NCBI GenBank assembly: GCA_964016885.1
Contig: OZ024742.1
Span: 165,168,001 to 165,232,000, forward strand
Source of the DNA: Eledone cirrhosa
Lineage: Eukaryota
DNA: 64,000 bases
Direction of reading: 5' to 3'
Numbering within the stretch: the stretch's first letter is position 1; every line of letters begins with the position of its first letter. The notes beneath the pieces were generated by a model. That model ran no database searches. It saw only the letters and a program-made list of their open reading frames with translations, and was not told where the DNA came from. Below are positions 1-13,700 of the stretch, in pieces. The translations under genes were made by a program, and so were the position numbers.

Positions 1-1472
1 TACAAATTATCTCCCCCTGATTTTTTTTACAAATTATCTCCCCCTGATTTTTTTTTACAAATTATTCCCCCCTGATTTTTTTACAAATTATCTCCCCCCT
101 GATTTTTTTAAAAATTATCTTCCCTTGGCTGGCGGGAAATTATCTCCCCTTGGACGGCTGGAAATTATATCCCCTTGGAGGCTGGAATTTATCTCCCCTT
201 GGACGGCTAGAAATTACCTCGCCTTGGACGGCTGGAAAATATGTCTCCTTGGACGGCTGGAAATTATCTCCCCTTGGACGGCTGGAAATTATCTCCCCTT
301 GGACGGCTGGAAATTATCTCCCCTTGGACGGCTAGATATTACCTCCCCTTGGACGGCTGGAAATTATCTCCCCTTGATTTTTTTTACAAATTATCTCCCC
401 CTGATTTTTTTTTACAAATTATCTCCCCCTGATTTTTTTTTACGAATTATCTCCCCCTGATTTTTTTTTACAAATTATCTCCCCTTGAACGGCTGGAAAT
501 TATCTCCCCTTGGACGGCTGGAAATTATCTCCCCTTGAAAGGCTAGAAATTACCTCTCCTTGGACGGCTGAAAATTATCTCCCCTTGGACGGCTGCAAAT
601 TATCTCCCCTTGATTTTTTAACAAATTACCTCGCCTTGGACGGCTGGAAAATATGTCTCCTTGGACGGCTGGAAATTATCTCCCCTTGGACGGCTGGAAA
701 TTATCTCCCCTTGGACGGCTGGAAATTATCTCCCATTGGACGGCTAGATATTACCTCCCCTTGGACGGCTGCAAATTATCTCCCCTTGATTTTTTTAACA
801 AATTATCTCCCCCTGATTTTTTTTTACAAATTATCTCTCCCTGATTTTTTTTTACAAATTATCTACGCCTAATTTTTTTTACAAATTATCTCCCCCTGAT
901 TTTTTTTTACAAATTATCTCCCCCTGATTTTTTTTACAAATTATCTCCCCCTGATTTTTTTTTACAAATTATCTCCCCCTGATTTTTTTACAAATTATCT
1001 CCCCCCTGATTTTTTTTACAATCTCCGCCTGATTTTTTTAAAAATTATCTTCCCTTGGCTGGCGGGAAATTATCTCACCTTGGACGGCTGGAAATTATAT
1101 CCCCTTGGAAGGATGGAAATTATCTCCCCTTGGACGGCTGGAAATTATCTCCCCTTGGACGGCTGGAAATTATCTCCCGTTGGACAGCTGGAAATTATCT
1201 GCCCTTGATTTTGTTTTTACAAATTATCTCCCCCTGATTTTTTTTACAAATTATCTCCACCTGATTTTTTAAAAAATTATCTCCCCTTGGACGGCTGGAA
1301 ATTATCTCCCCTTGATTTTTTTACAAATTATCTCCCCCTGATTTTTTTTACAAATTATCTCCCCCTGATTTTTTTTTTACAAATTATCTCCCCCTGATTT
1401 TTTTACAAATTATCTCCCCCTGATTTTTTTTACAAATTATCTCCGCCTGATTTTTTTAAATATTATCTTCCC

Positions 1473-1547
1473 TTGGCTGGCGGGAAATTATCTCCCCTTG
1501 GACGGCTGAAAATTATCTCCCCTTGGACGGCTGGAAATTATCTCCCC
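1473..1547 (+). repeat. Example of short G cassette 'S' (3 G monomers)
   Basis: Preceded by TCTCCGCCT(G/A)A(T)nAAATATTATCTT. Order: GGCTGGCGGG, GCTGAAAA, consensus. It recurs at 3254, 4013, 5699, 8571, 11020, 18094, 24899, 30035, 33914, 46164, 53870, 60835 and 63017. Confidence 0.9.
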
Positions 1548-4223
1548 TTGATTTTTTTTACAAATTATCTCCCCCTGATTTTTTTTACAAATTATCTCCC
1601 CCTGATTTTTTTTTACAAATTATCTCCCCCTGATTTTTTTTTACAAATTATCTGCCCCTGATTTTTTTTACAAATTATCTCCCCCTGATTTTTTTACAAA
1701 TTATCTCCCCTTGGCTGGCTGGAAATTATCTCCCCTTGGAGGCTGGAATTTATCTCCCATTGGACGGCTAGAAATTACCTCTCCTTGGAAGGCTGGAAAA
1801 TATTCTCCTTGGACGGCTGGATATTATCTACCCTTGGACGGGTGGAAATTATCTCCCCTTGGACGGCTGGAAATTATCTCCCCTTGGACAGCTAGATATT
1901 ACCTCCCCTTGGACGGCTGGAAATTATCTCCCCTTGATTTTTTTTACAAATTATCTCCCCCTGATTTTTTTTACAAATTATCTCCACCTGATTTTTTTAC
2001 AAATTATCTCCCCCTGATTTTTTTTACAAATTATCTCCCCCTGATTTTTTTACAAATTATCTCCCCTTGGCTGGCTGGAAATTATCTCCCCTTGGAGGCT
2101 GGAATTTATCTCCCCTTGGACGGCTGGAAATTATCTCCCCTTGATTTTTTTTACAAATTATCTACCCCTGATTTTTTTTACAAATTATCTCCCCCTGATT
2201 TTTTTTACAAATTATCTCCCCCTGATTTTTTTACAAATTATCTCCCCCTGATTTTTTTACAAATTATCTCCCCCTGATTTTTTTTTACAAATTATCTACG
2301 CCTAATTTTTTTTACAAATTATCTCCCCCTGATTTTTTTTTACAAATTATCTCCCCCTGATTTTTTTTTACAAATTATCTCCCCCTGATTTTTTTTTACA
2401 AATTATCTCCCCCTGATTTTTTTACAAATTATCTCCCCCCTGATTTTTATTACAATCTCCGCCTGATTTTTTAAAAAATTATCTTCCCTTGGCTGGCGGG
2501 AAATTATCTTCCCTTGGACGGCTGGAAATTATATCCCCTTGGAAGGATGGAAATTATCTCCCCTTGGACGGCTGGAAATTATCTCCCCTTGGACGGCTGG
2601 AAATTATCTCCCCTTGGACAGCTGGAAATTATCTGCCCTTGATTTTGTTTTTACAAATTATCTCCCCCTGATTTTTTTTACAAATTATCTCCACCTGATT
2701 TTTTAAAAAATTATCTCCCCTTGGACGGCTGGAAATTATCTCCCCTTGGCTGGAAATTATCTCCCCTTGGACGGCTAGAAATTATCTCTCTTTGGACGGC
2801 TGGAAATTATCTGCCTTTGATTTTTTTCACAAATTATCTCCCCCTGATTTTTTTTTACAAATTATCTCACCCTGATTTTTTTTACAAATTATCTCCCTCT
2901 GATTTTTTTACAAATTATCTCCCCTTGGCTGGCTGGAAATTATCTCCCCTTGGAGGCTGGAATTTATCTCCCCTTGGACGGCTAGAAATTACCTCTCCTT
3001 GGACGGCTGGAAAATATGTCTCCTTGGACGGCTGGATATTATCTACCCTTGGACGGCTGGAAATTATCTCCCCTTGGACGGCTGGAAATTATCTCCCCTT
3101 GGACGGCTAGATATTACCTCCCCTTGGACGGCTGGAAATTATCTCCCCTTGATTTTTTTACAAATTATCTCCCCCTGATTTTTTTACAAATTATCTCCCC
3201 CTGATTTTTTTTACAAATTATCTCCGCCTAATTTTTTTAAATATTATCTTCCCTTGGCTGGCGGGAAATTATCTCCCCTTGGACGGCTGAAAATTATCTC
3301 CCCTTGGACGGCTGGAAATTATCTCCCCTTGATTTTTTTTACAAATTATCTGCCCCTGATTTTTTTTTACAAATTATCTCCCCCTGATTTTTTTTACAAA
3401 TTATCTCCCCCTGATTTTTTTACAAATTATCTCCCCTTGGCTGGCTGGAAATTATCTCCCCTTGGAGGCTGGAATTTATCTCCCCTTGGACGGCTAGAAA
3501 TTACCTCTCCTTGGACGGCTGGAAAATATGTCCTTGGACGGCTGGATATTATCTACCCTTGGACGGCTGGAAATTATCTCCCCTTGGACGGCTGGAAATT
3601 ATCTCCCCTTGGACGGCTAGATATTACCTCCCCTTGGACGGCTGGAAATTATCTCCCCTTGATTTTTTTTACAAATTATCTCCCCCTGATTTTTTTTTAC
3701 AAATTATCTCCCCCTGATTTTTTTTTACAAATTATCTACCCCTGATTTTTTTTTACAAATTATCTCCCCCTGATTTTTTTTACAAATTATCTCCCCCTGA
3801 TTTTTTTTTACAAATTATCTCCCCCTGATTTTTTTTTACAAATTATCTACCCCTGATTTTTTTTACAAATTATCTCCCCCTGATTTTTTTTACAAATTAT
3901 CTCCCCCTGATTTTGTTTACAAATTATCTCCCCCTGATTTTTTTACAAATTATCTCCCCCTGATTTTTTTTACAAATTATCTCCGCCTAATTTTTTTAAA
4001 TATTATCTTCCCTTGGCTGGCGGGAAATTATCTCCCCTTGGACGGCTGAAAATTATCTCTCCTTGGACGGCTGGAAATTATCTCCCCTTGATTTTTTTTA
4101 CAAATTATCTCCCCCTGATTATTTTTTACAAATTATCTCCCCCTGATTTTTTTTTACAAATTATCTCCCCCTGATTTTTTTTACAAATTATCTCCCCCTG
4201 ATTTTTTTACAAATTATCTCCCC

Positions 4224-4472
4224 TTGGCTGGCTGGAAATTATCTCCCCTTGGAGGCTGGAATTTATCTCCCCTTGGACGGTTAGAAATTACCTCTCCTTG
4301 GACGGCTGGAAAATATGTCTCCTTGGACGGCTGGAAATTATCGCCCCTTGGACGGCTGGAAATTATCTCCCCTTGGACGGCTGGAAATTATCTCTCCTCG
4401 GACGGCTAGAAATTACCTCTCCTTGGACAGCTGAAAATTATCTCCCCTTGGACGGCTGGAAATTATCTCCCC
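4224..4472 (+). repeat. Example of long G cassette 'L2' (10 G monomers, about 249 bp)
   Basis: Starts like L1 but carries GGTTAG, TCTCTCCTCGG/TCTCTCATCGG and GACAGCTGAAAA. It recurs at 9570, 18658, 22982, 25463, 30599, 34857, 40231, 44247, 46729, 49718, 51953, 54434 and 61505, and is followed about 411-413 bp later by an L1 cassette. Confidence 0.92.
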
Positions 4473-4636
4473 TTGATTTTTTTTACAAATTATCTCCCCC
4501 TGATTTTTTTTTACAAATTATCTCCCCCTGATTTTTTTTTACAAATTATCTCCCCCTGATTTTTTTTTACAAATTATCTCCCCCTGATATTTTTTACAAA
4601 CTATCTCCCCCTGATTTTTTTACAAATTATCTCCCC

Positions 4637-4860
4637 TTGGCTGGCTGGAAATTATCTCCCCTTGGAGGCTGGAATTTATCTCCCCTTAGACGGCTAGAAA
4701 TTACCTCGCCTTGGACGGCTGGAAAATATGTCTCCTTGGACGGCTGGAAATTATCTCCCCTTGGACGGCTGGAAATTATCTCCCCTTGGACGGCTGGAAA
4801 TTATCTCCCCTTGGACGGCTAGATATTACCTCCCCTTGGACGGCTGGAAATTATCTCCCC
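4637..4860 (+). repeat. Example of long G cassette 'L1' (9 G monomers, 224 bp)
   Basis: Fixed order: GGCTGGCTGG, GGAGGCTGGAATTT (24-bp monomer), GCTAGAAATTACC, GGAAAATATGTCTCC, three near-consensus monomers, GCTAGATATTACC, consensus. It recurs at e.g. 5909, 9982, 13720, 14898, 16149, 17765, 19071, 25876, 31012, 47142 and 58008. Confidence 0.93.
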
Positions 4861-4999
4861 TTGATTTTTTTTACAAATTATCTCCCCCTGATTTTTTTTT
4901 ACAAATTATCTCCCCCTGATTTTTTTTTACGAATTATCTCCCCCCGATTTTTTTTTACAAATTATCTCCGCCTGATTTTTTTAAAAAAATTATCTCCCC

Positions 5000-5124
5000 T
5001 TGAACGGCTGGAAATTATCTCCCCTTGGACGGCTGGAAATTATCTCCCCTTGGACGGCTAGAAATTACCTCTCCTTGGACGGCTGAAAATTATCTCCCCT
5101 TGGACGGCTGCAAATTATCTCCCC
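5000..5124 (+). repeat. Example of medium G cassette 'M' (5 G monomers)
   Basis: Order: TTGAACGG, consensus, GCTAGAAATTACCTCTCC, GCTGAAAA, GCTGCAAA, then a T monomer ending TTTTTTAAC. It recurs near 485, 6243, 10260, 14083, 15260, 19433, 23756, 26239, 35633, 45021, 55210 and 58371. Confidence 0.92.
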
Positions 5125-5281
5125 TTGATTTTTTAACAAATTATCTCCCCCTGATTTTTTTTTACAAATTATCTCCCCCTGATTTTTTTTTACAAATTAT
5201 CTCCCCCTGATTTTTTTACAAATTATCTCCCCCTGATTTTTTTTACAATCTCCGCCTGATTTTTTTAAAAATTATCTTCCC

Positions 5282-5431
5282 TTGGCTGGCGGGAAATTAT
5301 CTCCCCTTGGACGGCTGGAAATTATATCCCCTTGGAAGGATGGAAATTATCTCCCCTTGGACGGCTGGAAATTATCTCCCCTTGGACGGCTGGAAATTAT
5401 CTCCCCTTGGACAGCTGGAAATTATCTACCC
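5282..5431 (+). repeat. Example of G cassette 'K' (6 G monomers)
   Basis: Preceded by ACAATCTCCGCCTGA(T)nAAAAATTATCTTCCC. Order: GGCTGGCGGG, TTATATCCCC, GGAAGGATGG, two consensus monomers, GGACAGCTGG. It is followed by GATTTTGTTTTTAC, a TCTCCACCT monomer and usually a single G monomer. It recurs at 1055, 2489, 6637, 14477, 16876, 17344, 24149, 27857, 28817, 29285, 32469, 45414, 53120, 56799 and 63899. Confidence 0.92.
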
Positions 5432-7363
5432 TTGATTTTGTTTTTACAAATTATCTCCCCCTGATTTTTTTTACAAATTATCTCCACCTGATTTTTTAAA
5501 AAATTATCTCCCCTTGGACGGCTGGAAATTATCTCCCCTTGATTTTTTTACAAATTATCTCCCCCTGATTTTTTTTACAAATTATCTCCCCCTGATTTTT
5601 TGTTACAAATTATCTCCCCCTGATTTTTTTAAAAATTATCTCCCCCTGATTTTTTTTACAAATTATCTCCGCCTGATTTTTTTAAATATTATCTTCCCTT
5701 GGCTGGCGGGAAATTATCTCCCCTTGGACGGCTGAAAATTATCTCCCCTTGGACGGCTGGAAATTGTCTCCCCTTGATTTTTTTACAAATTATCTCCCCC
5801 TGATTTTTTTTTACAAATTATCTCCCCCTGATTTTTTTTACAAATTATCTCCCCCTGATTTTTTTTTACAAATTATCTCCCCCTGATTTTTTTACAAATT
5901 ATCTCCCCTTGGCTAGCTGGAAATTATCTCCCCTTGGAGGCTGGAATTTATCTCCCCTTGGACGGCTAGAAATTACCTCTCCTTGGACGGCTGGAAAATA
6001 TGTCTCCTTGGACGGCTGGATATTATCTACCCTTGGACGGCTGGAAATTATCTCCCCTTGGACGGCTGGAAATTATCTCCCCTTGGACGGCTAGATATTA
6101 CCTCCCCTTGGACGGCTGGAAATTATCTCCCCTTGATTTTTTTTACAAATTATCTCCCCCTGATTTTTTTTTACGAATTATCTCCCCCTGATTTTTTTTT
6201 ACAAATTATCTCCGCCTGATTTTTTTTTTAAATTATCTCCCCTTGAACGGCTGGAAATTATCTCCCCTTGGACGGCTGGAAATTATCTCCCCTTGGACGG
6301 CTAGAAATTACCTCTCCTTGGACGGCTGAAAATTATCTCCCCTTGGACGGCTGCAAATTATCTCCCCTTGATTTTTTTAACAAATTATCTCCCCCTGATT
6401 TTTTTTTACAAATTATCTCCCCCTGATTTTTTTTTACAAATTATCTACGCCTAATTTTTTTTACAAATTATCTCCCCCTGATTTTTTTTTACAAATTATC
6501 TCCCCCTGATTTTTTTTACAAATTATCTCCCCCTGATTTTTTTTTACAAATTATCTCCCCCTGATTTTTTTACAAATTATCTCCCCCCTGAATTTTTTTA
6601 CAATCTCCGCCTGATTTTTTAAAAAATTATCTTCCCTTGGCTGGCAGGAAATTATCTCCCCTTGGTCGGCTGGAAATTATATCCCCTTGGAAGGATGGAA
6701 ATTATCTCCCCTTGGACGGCTGGAAATTATCTCCCCTTGGACGGCTGGAAATTACCTCCCCTTGGACAGCTGGAAATTATCTGCCCTTGATTTTGTTTTT
6801 ACAAATTATCTCCCCCTGATTTTTTTTACAAATTATCTCCACCTGATTTTTTAAAAAATTATCTCCCCTTGATTTTTTTACAAATTATCTCCCCCTGATT
6901 TTTTTTACAAATTATCTCCCCCTGATTTTTTTTTTACAAATTATCTCCCCCTGATTTTTTTACAAATTATCTCCCCCTGATTTTTTTTACAAATTATCTC
7001 CGCCTGATTTTTTTTACAAATTATCTCCCCTTGGCTGGCTGGAAATTATCTCCCCTTGGAGGCTGGAATTTATCTCCCCTTGGACGGCTAGAAATTACCT
7101 CTCCTTGGACGGCTGGAAAATATGTCCTTGGACGGCTGGATATTATCTACCCTTGGACGGCTGGAAATTATCTCCCCTTGGACGGCTGGAAATTATCTCC
7201 CCTTGGAGGCTGGAATTTATCTCCCCTTGGACGGCTAGAAATTACCTCTCCTTGGACGGCTGGAAAATATGTCCTTGGACGGCTGGATATTACCTCCCCT
7301 TGGACGGCTGGAAATTATCTCCCCTTGATTTTTTTTACAAATTATCTCCCCCTGATTTTTTTT

Positions 7364-7776
7364 ACAAATCTAATGATTTTAAAAAAAAAATTATCTCCCC
7401 TTCGCTGGCTGGAAATTATCTCCCCTTCGCTGGCTGGAAATTATCTCCCCTTGGACGCTGGAAATTATAGCCCCTTGGAGGGCTGGAAATTATCTTCCCT
7501 TGGACGGCTGGAAATTATCTCCCCTTGGCTCGAAATTATCTCCCCTTGGACGGCTAGAAATTATCTCTCTTTGGACGGCTGGAAATTATCTCCCTTTGAT
7601 TTTTTTTACAAATTATCTCCCCCTGATTTTTTTTACAAATCTCCCCCTGATTTTTTAAAAAAAATTATCTCCCCTTCGCTGGCTGGAAATTATCTCCCCT
7701 TGGACACTGGAAATTATAGCCCCTTGGAGGGCTGGAAATTATCTTCCCTTGGACGGTTGGAAATTATCTCTGCTTG
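7364..7776 (+). repeat. Divergent monomer block (copy 1)
   Basis: Contains ACAAATCTAATGATTTTA10, TTCGCTGGCTGG, GGACGCTGG, TTATAGCCCC, GGAGGGCTGG and GGCTCGAAA. This is the highest local density of non-consensus monomers I noticed. Confidence 0.9.
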
Positions 7777-10700
7777 ATTTTTTTTACAAATTATCTCCCC
7801 CTGATTTTTTTTTACAAATTATCCCCCCCGATTTTTTTTACAAATTATCTCCCCCTGATTTTTTTTACAAATTATCTCCCCTTGGACGGCTGGAAATTAT
7901 CTCCCCTTGGACGGCTGGAAATTATCTCCCCTTGGACGGCTAGAAATTACCTCTCCTTGGACGACTGAAAATTATCTCCCCTTGGACGGCTGCAAATTAT
8001 CTCCCCTTGATTTTTTTTACAAATTATCTCCGCCTGATTTTTTTTTTTAAATTATCTCCCCTTGGACGGCTGGAAATTACCTCCCCTTGGACGGCTGGAA
8101 ATTATCTCCCCTTGGACGGCTAGAAATTACCTCTCATTGGACGGCTGAAAATTATCTCCCCTTGGACGGCTGGAAATTATCTCCCCTTGATTTCTTTTAC
8201 AAATTATCTCCCCCTGATTTTTTTTTACAAATTATCTCCCCCTGATTTTTTTTTTACAAATTATCTCCGCCTGATTTTTTTTTAAAATTATCTCTCCTTG
8301 GACGGCTGGATATTATCTCCCCTTTCATTTTTTTTACAAATTATCTCCCCCTGATTTTTTTTTACAAATTATCTCCCCCTGATTTTTTTTTTACAAATTA
8401 TCTACCCCTAATTTTTTTTTACAAATTATCTCCCCCTGATTTTTTTTACAAATTATCTCCCCCTGATTTTTTTTTTACAAATTATCTCCCCCTGATTTTT
8501 TTACAAATTATCTCCCCCTGATTTTTTTTACAAATTATCTCCGCCTGATTTTTTTAAATATTATCTTCTCTTGGCTGGCGGGAAATTATCTCCCCTTGGA
8601 CGGCTGAAAATTATCTCCCCTTGGACGGCTGGAAATTATCTCCCCTTGATTTTTTTTACAAATTATCTCCCCCTGATTTTTTTTTACAAATTATCTCCCC
8701 CTGATTTTTTTTACAAATTATCTCCCCCTGATTTTTTTTTACAAATTATCTCCCCCTGATTTTTTTTACAAATTATCTCCCCCTGATTTTTTTACAAATT
8801 ATCTCCCCTTGGCTGGCTGGAAATTATCTCCCCTTGGAGGCTGGAATTTATCTCCCCTTGGACGGCTAGAAATTACCTCTCCTTGGACGGCTGGAAAATA
8901 TGTCCTTGGACGGCTGGATATTATCTACCCTTGGACGGCTGGAAATTATCTCCCCTTGGACGGCTGGAAATTATCTCCCCTTGGACGGCTAGATATTACC
9001 TCCCCTTGGACGGCTGGAAATTATCTCCCCTTGATTTTTTTTACAAATTATCCCCCCCTGATTTTTTTTTACAAATTATCTCCCCCTGATTTTTTTTTAC
9101 AAATTATCTACCCCTGATTTTTTTTTACAAATTATCTCCCCCTAATTTTTTTTACAAATTATCTCTCCCTGATTTTTTTTTACAAATTATCTCCCCCTGA
9201 TTTTTTTTTACAAATTATCTACCCCTGATTTTTTTTTACAAATTATCTCCCCCTGATTTTTTTTACAAATTATCTCCCCCTGATTTTTTTTACAAATTAT
9301 CTCCCCCTGATTTTTTTACAAATTATCTCCCCCCGATTTTTTTTACAAATTATCTCCGCCTAATTTTTTTAAATATTATCTTCCCTTGGCTGGCGGGAAA
9401 TTATCTCCCCTTGGACGGCTGAAAATTATCTCCCCTTGGACGGCTGGAAATTATCTCCCCTTGATTTTTTTACAAATTATCTCCCCCTGATTATTTTTTA
9501 CAAATTATCTCCCCCTGATTTTTTTTTACAAATTATCTCCCTCTGATTTTTTTTACAAATTATCTCCCCTTGGCTGGCTGGAAATTATCTCCCCTTGGAG
9601 GCTGGAATTTATCTCCACTTGGACGGTTAGAAATTACCTCTCCTTGGACTGCTGGAAAATATGTCTCCTTGGACGGCTGGAAATTATCTCCCCTTGGACG
9701 GCTGGAAATTATCTCCCCTTGGACGGCTGGAAATTATCTCTCCTCGGACGACTAGAAATTACCTCTCCTTGGACAGCTGAAAATTATCTCCCCTTGGACG
9801 GCTGGAAATTATCTCCCCTTGATTTTTTTTACAAATTATCTCCCCCCGATTTTTTTTTACAAATTATCTCCCCCTGATTTTTTTTTACAAATTATCTCCC
9901 CCTGATTTTTTTTACAAATTATCTCCCCCTGATATTTTTTACAAATTATCTCCCCCTGATTTTTTTACAAATTATCTCCCCTTGGCTGGCTGGAAATTAT
10001 CTCCCCTTGGAGGCTGGAATTTATCTCCCCTTGGACGGCTAGAAATTACCTCGCCTTGGACGGCTGGAAAATATGTCTCCTTGGACGGCTGGAAATTATC
10101 TCCCCTTGGACGGCTGGAAATTATCTCCCCTTGGACGGCTGGAAATTATCTCCCCTTGGACGGCTAGATATTACCTCCCCTTGGACGGCTGGAAATTATC
10201 TCCCCTTGATTTTTTTTACAAATTATCTCCCCCTGATTTTTTTTTAAAATTATCTCCCCTTGAACGGCTGGAAATTATCTCCCCTTGGACGGCTGGAAAT
10301 TATCTCCCCTTGGACGGCTAGAAATTACCTCTCCTTGGACGGCTGAAAATTATCTCCCCTTGGACGGCTGCAAATTATCTCCCCTTGATTTTTTAACAAA
10401 TTATCTCCCCCTGATTTTTTTTTACAAATTATCTCCCCCTGATTTTTTTTTACAAATTATCTACGCCTAATTTTTTTTACAAATTATCTCCCCCTGATTT
10501 TTTTTTACAAATTATCTCCCCCTGATTTTTTTTACAAATTATCTCCCCCTGATTTTTTTTTACAAATTATTTCCCCCTGATTTTTTTACAAATTATCTCC
10601 CCCCTGATTTTTTTTACAATCTCCGCCTGATTTTTTTAAAAATTATCTTGCCTTGGCTGGCGGGAAATTATCTCCCCTTGGACGGCTGGAAATTATATCC

Positions 10701-13700
10701 CCTTGGACGGCTGGAAATTACCTCCCCTTGGACAGCTGGAAATTATCTGCCCTTGATTTTGTTTTTACAAATTATCTCCCCCTGATTTTTTTTACAAATT
10801 ATCTCCACCTGATTTTTTAAAAAATTATCTCCCCTTGGACGGCTGGAAATTATCTCCCCTTGATTTTTTTACAAATTATCTCCCCCTGATTTTTTTTACA
10901 AATTATCTCCCCCTGATTTTTTTTTACAAATTATCTCCCCCTGATTTTTTTACAAATTATCTCCCCCTGATTTTTTTTACAAATTATCTCCGCCTGATTT
11001 TTTTAAATATTATCTTCCCTTGGCTGGCGGGAAATTATCTCCCCTTGGACGGCTGATAATTATCTCCCCTTGGACGGCTGGAAATTATCTCCCCTTGATT
11101 TTTTTTACAAATTATCTCCCCCTGATTTTTTTTTACAAATTATCTCCCCCTGATTTTTTTTACAAATTATCTCCGCCTGATTTTTTTAAATATTATCTTC
11201 CCTTGGCTGGCTGGAAATTATCTCCCCTTGGAGGCTGGAATTTATCTCCCCTTGGACGGCTAGAAATTACCTCTCCTTGGACGGCTGGAAAATATTTCTC
11301 CTTGGACGGCTGGATATTATCTACCCTTGGACGGGTGGAAATTATCTCCCCTTGGACGGCTGGAAATTATCTCCCCTTGGACGGCTAGATATTACCTCCC
11401 CTTGGACGACTGGAAATTATCTCCCCTTGATTTTTTTTACAAATTATCTCCCCCTGATTTTTTTTTTACAAATTATCTCCCCCTGATTTTTTTACAAATT
11501 ATCTCCCCCTGATTTTTTTTACAAATTATCTCCGCCTGATTTTTTTAAATATTATCTTCTCTTGGCTGGCGGGAAATTATCTCCCCTTGGACGGCTGAAA
11601 ATTATCTCCCCTTGGACGGCTGGAAATTATCTCCCCTTGATTTTTTTTACAAATTATCTCCCCCTGATTTTTTTTAAAAAATTATCTCCCCCTGATTTTT
11701 TTTTACAAATTATCTCCCCCTGATTTTTTTTTACAAATTATCTCCCCCTGATTTTTTTTACAAATTATCTCCCCCTGATTTTTTTACAAATTATCTCCCC
11801 TTGGCTGGCTGGAAATTATCTCCCCTTGGACACTGTAAATTATAGCCCCTTGGAGGGCTGGAAATTATCTTACCTTGGACGGCTGGAAATTATCTCTGCT
11901 TGATTTTTTTTACAAATTATCTCCCCCTGATTTTTTTTTACAAATTATCCCCCCCGATTTTTTTTACAAATTATCTCCCCCTGATTTTTTTTACAAATTA
12001 TCTCCCCTTGGACGGCTGGAAATTATCTCCCCTTGGACGGCTGGAAATTATCTCTCCTTGGACGGCTAGAAATTACCTCTCCTTGGACGACTGAAAATTA
12101 TCTCCCCTTGGACGGCTGCAAATTATCTCCCCTTGATTTCTTTTACAAATTATCTCCGCCTGATTTTTTTTTAAAAATTATCTCCCCTTGGACGGCTGGA
12201 AATTACCTCCCCTTGGACGGCTGGAAATTATCTCCCCTTGGACGGCTAGAAATTACCTCTCATTGGACGGCTGAAAATTATCTCCCCTTGGACGGCTGGA
12301 AATTATCTCCCCTTGATTTTTTTTACAAATTATCTCCCCCTGATTTTTTTTTTACAAATTATCTCCGCCTGATTTTTTTTTTAAATTATCTCTCCTTGGA
12401 CGGCTGGATATTATCTCCCCTTTCATTTTTTTTACAAATTATCTCCCCCTGATTTTTTTTTACAAATTATCTCCCCCTGATTTTTTTTTACAAATTATCT
12501 ACCCCTAATTTTTTTTTACAAATTATCTCCCCCTGATTTTTTTTACAAATTATCTCCCCCTGATTTTTTTTTTACAAATTATCTCCCCCTGATTTTTTTA
12601 CAAATTATCTCCCCCTGATTTTTTTTACAAATTATCTCCGCCTGATTTTTTTAAATATTATCTTCTCTTGGCTGGCGGGAAATTATCTCCCCTTGGACGG
12701 CTGAAAATTATCTCCCCTTGGACGGCTGGAAATTATCTCCCCTTGATTTTTTTTACAAATTATCTCCCCCTGATTTTTTTTTACAAATTATCTCCCCCTG
12801 ATTTTTTTTTACAAATTATCTCCCCCTGATTTTTTTTTACAAATTATCTCCCCCTGATTTTTTTTACAAATTATCTCCCCCTGATTTTTTTACAAATTAT
12901 CTCCCCTTGGCTGGCTGGAAATTATCTCCCCTTGGAGGCTGGAATTTATCTCCCCTTGGACGGCTAGAAATTACCTCTCCTTGGACGGCTGGAAAATATG
13001 TCCTTGGACGGCTGGATATTATCTACCCTTGGACGGCTGGAAATTATCTCCCCTTGGACGGCTGGAAATTATCTCCCCTTGGACGGCTAGATATTACCTC
13101 CCCTTGGACGGCTGGAAATTATCTCCCCTTGATTTTTTTTACAAATTATCTCCCCCTGATTTTTTTTTACAAATTATCTCCCCCTGATTTTTTTTTACAA
13201 ATTATCTCCGCCTGATTTTTTTTTACAAATTATCTCCCCCTAATTTTTTTTACAAATTATCTCTCCCTGATCTTTTTTTACAAATTATCTCCCCCTGATT
13301 TTTTTTTACCAATTATCTACCCCTGATTTTTTTTTACAAATTATCTCCCCCTTATTTTTTTTACAAATTATCTCCCCCTGATTTTTTTTACAAATTATCT
13401 CCCCCTGATTTTTTTACAAATTATCTCCCCCCGATTTTTTTTACAAATTATATCCGCCTAATTTTTTAAATATTATCTATCCTTGGCTGGCGGGAAATTA
13501 TCTCCCCTTGGACGGCTGAAAATTTTCTCCCCTTGGACGGCTGGAAATTATCTCCCCTTGATTTTTTTACAAATTATCTCCCCCTGATTATTTTTTACAA
13601 ATTATCTCCCCCTGATTTTTTTTTACAAATTATCTCCCTCTGATTTTTTTTACAAATTATCTCCCCCTGATATTTTTTACAAATTATCTCCCCCTGATTT

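Noticed and set aside
7031-7777. Longest ORF (248 aa), duplicated at 37692-38438
   Set aside because: It is a chance stop-free path through the divergent island, made of the same repeat peptides. Its identity in two places reflects the recent 30-kb duplication.
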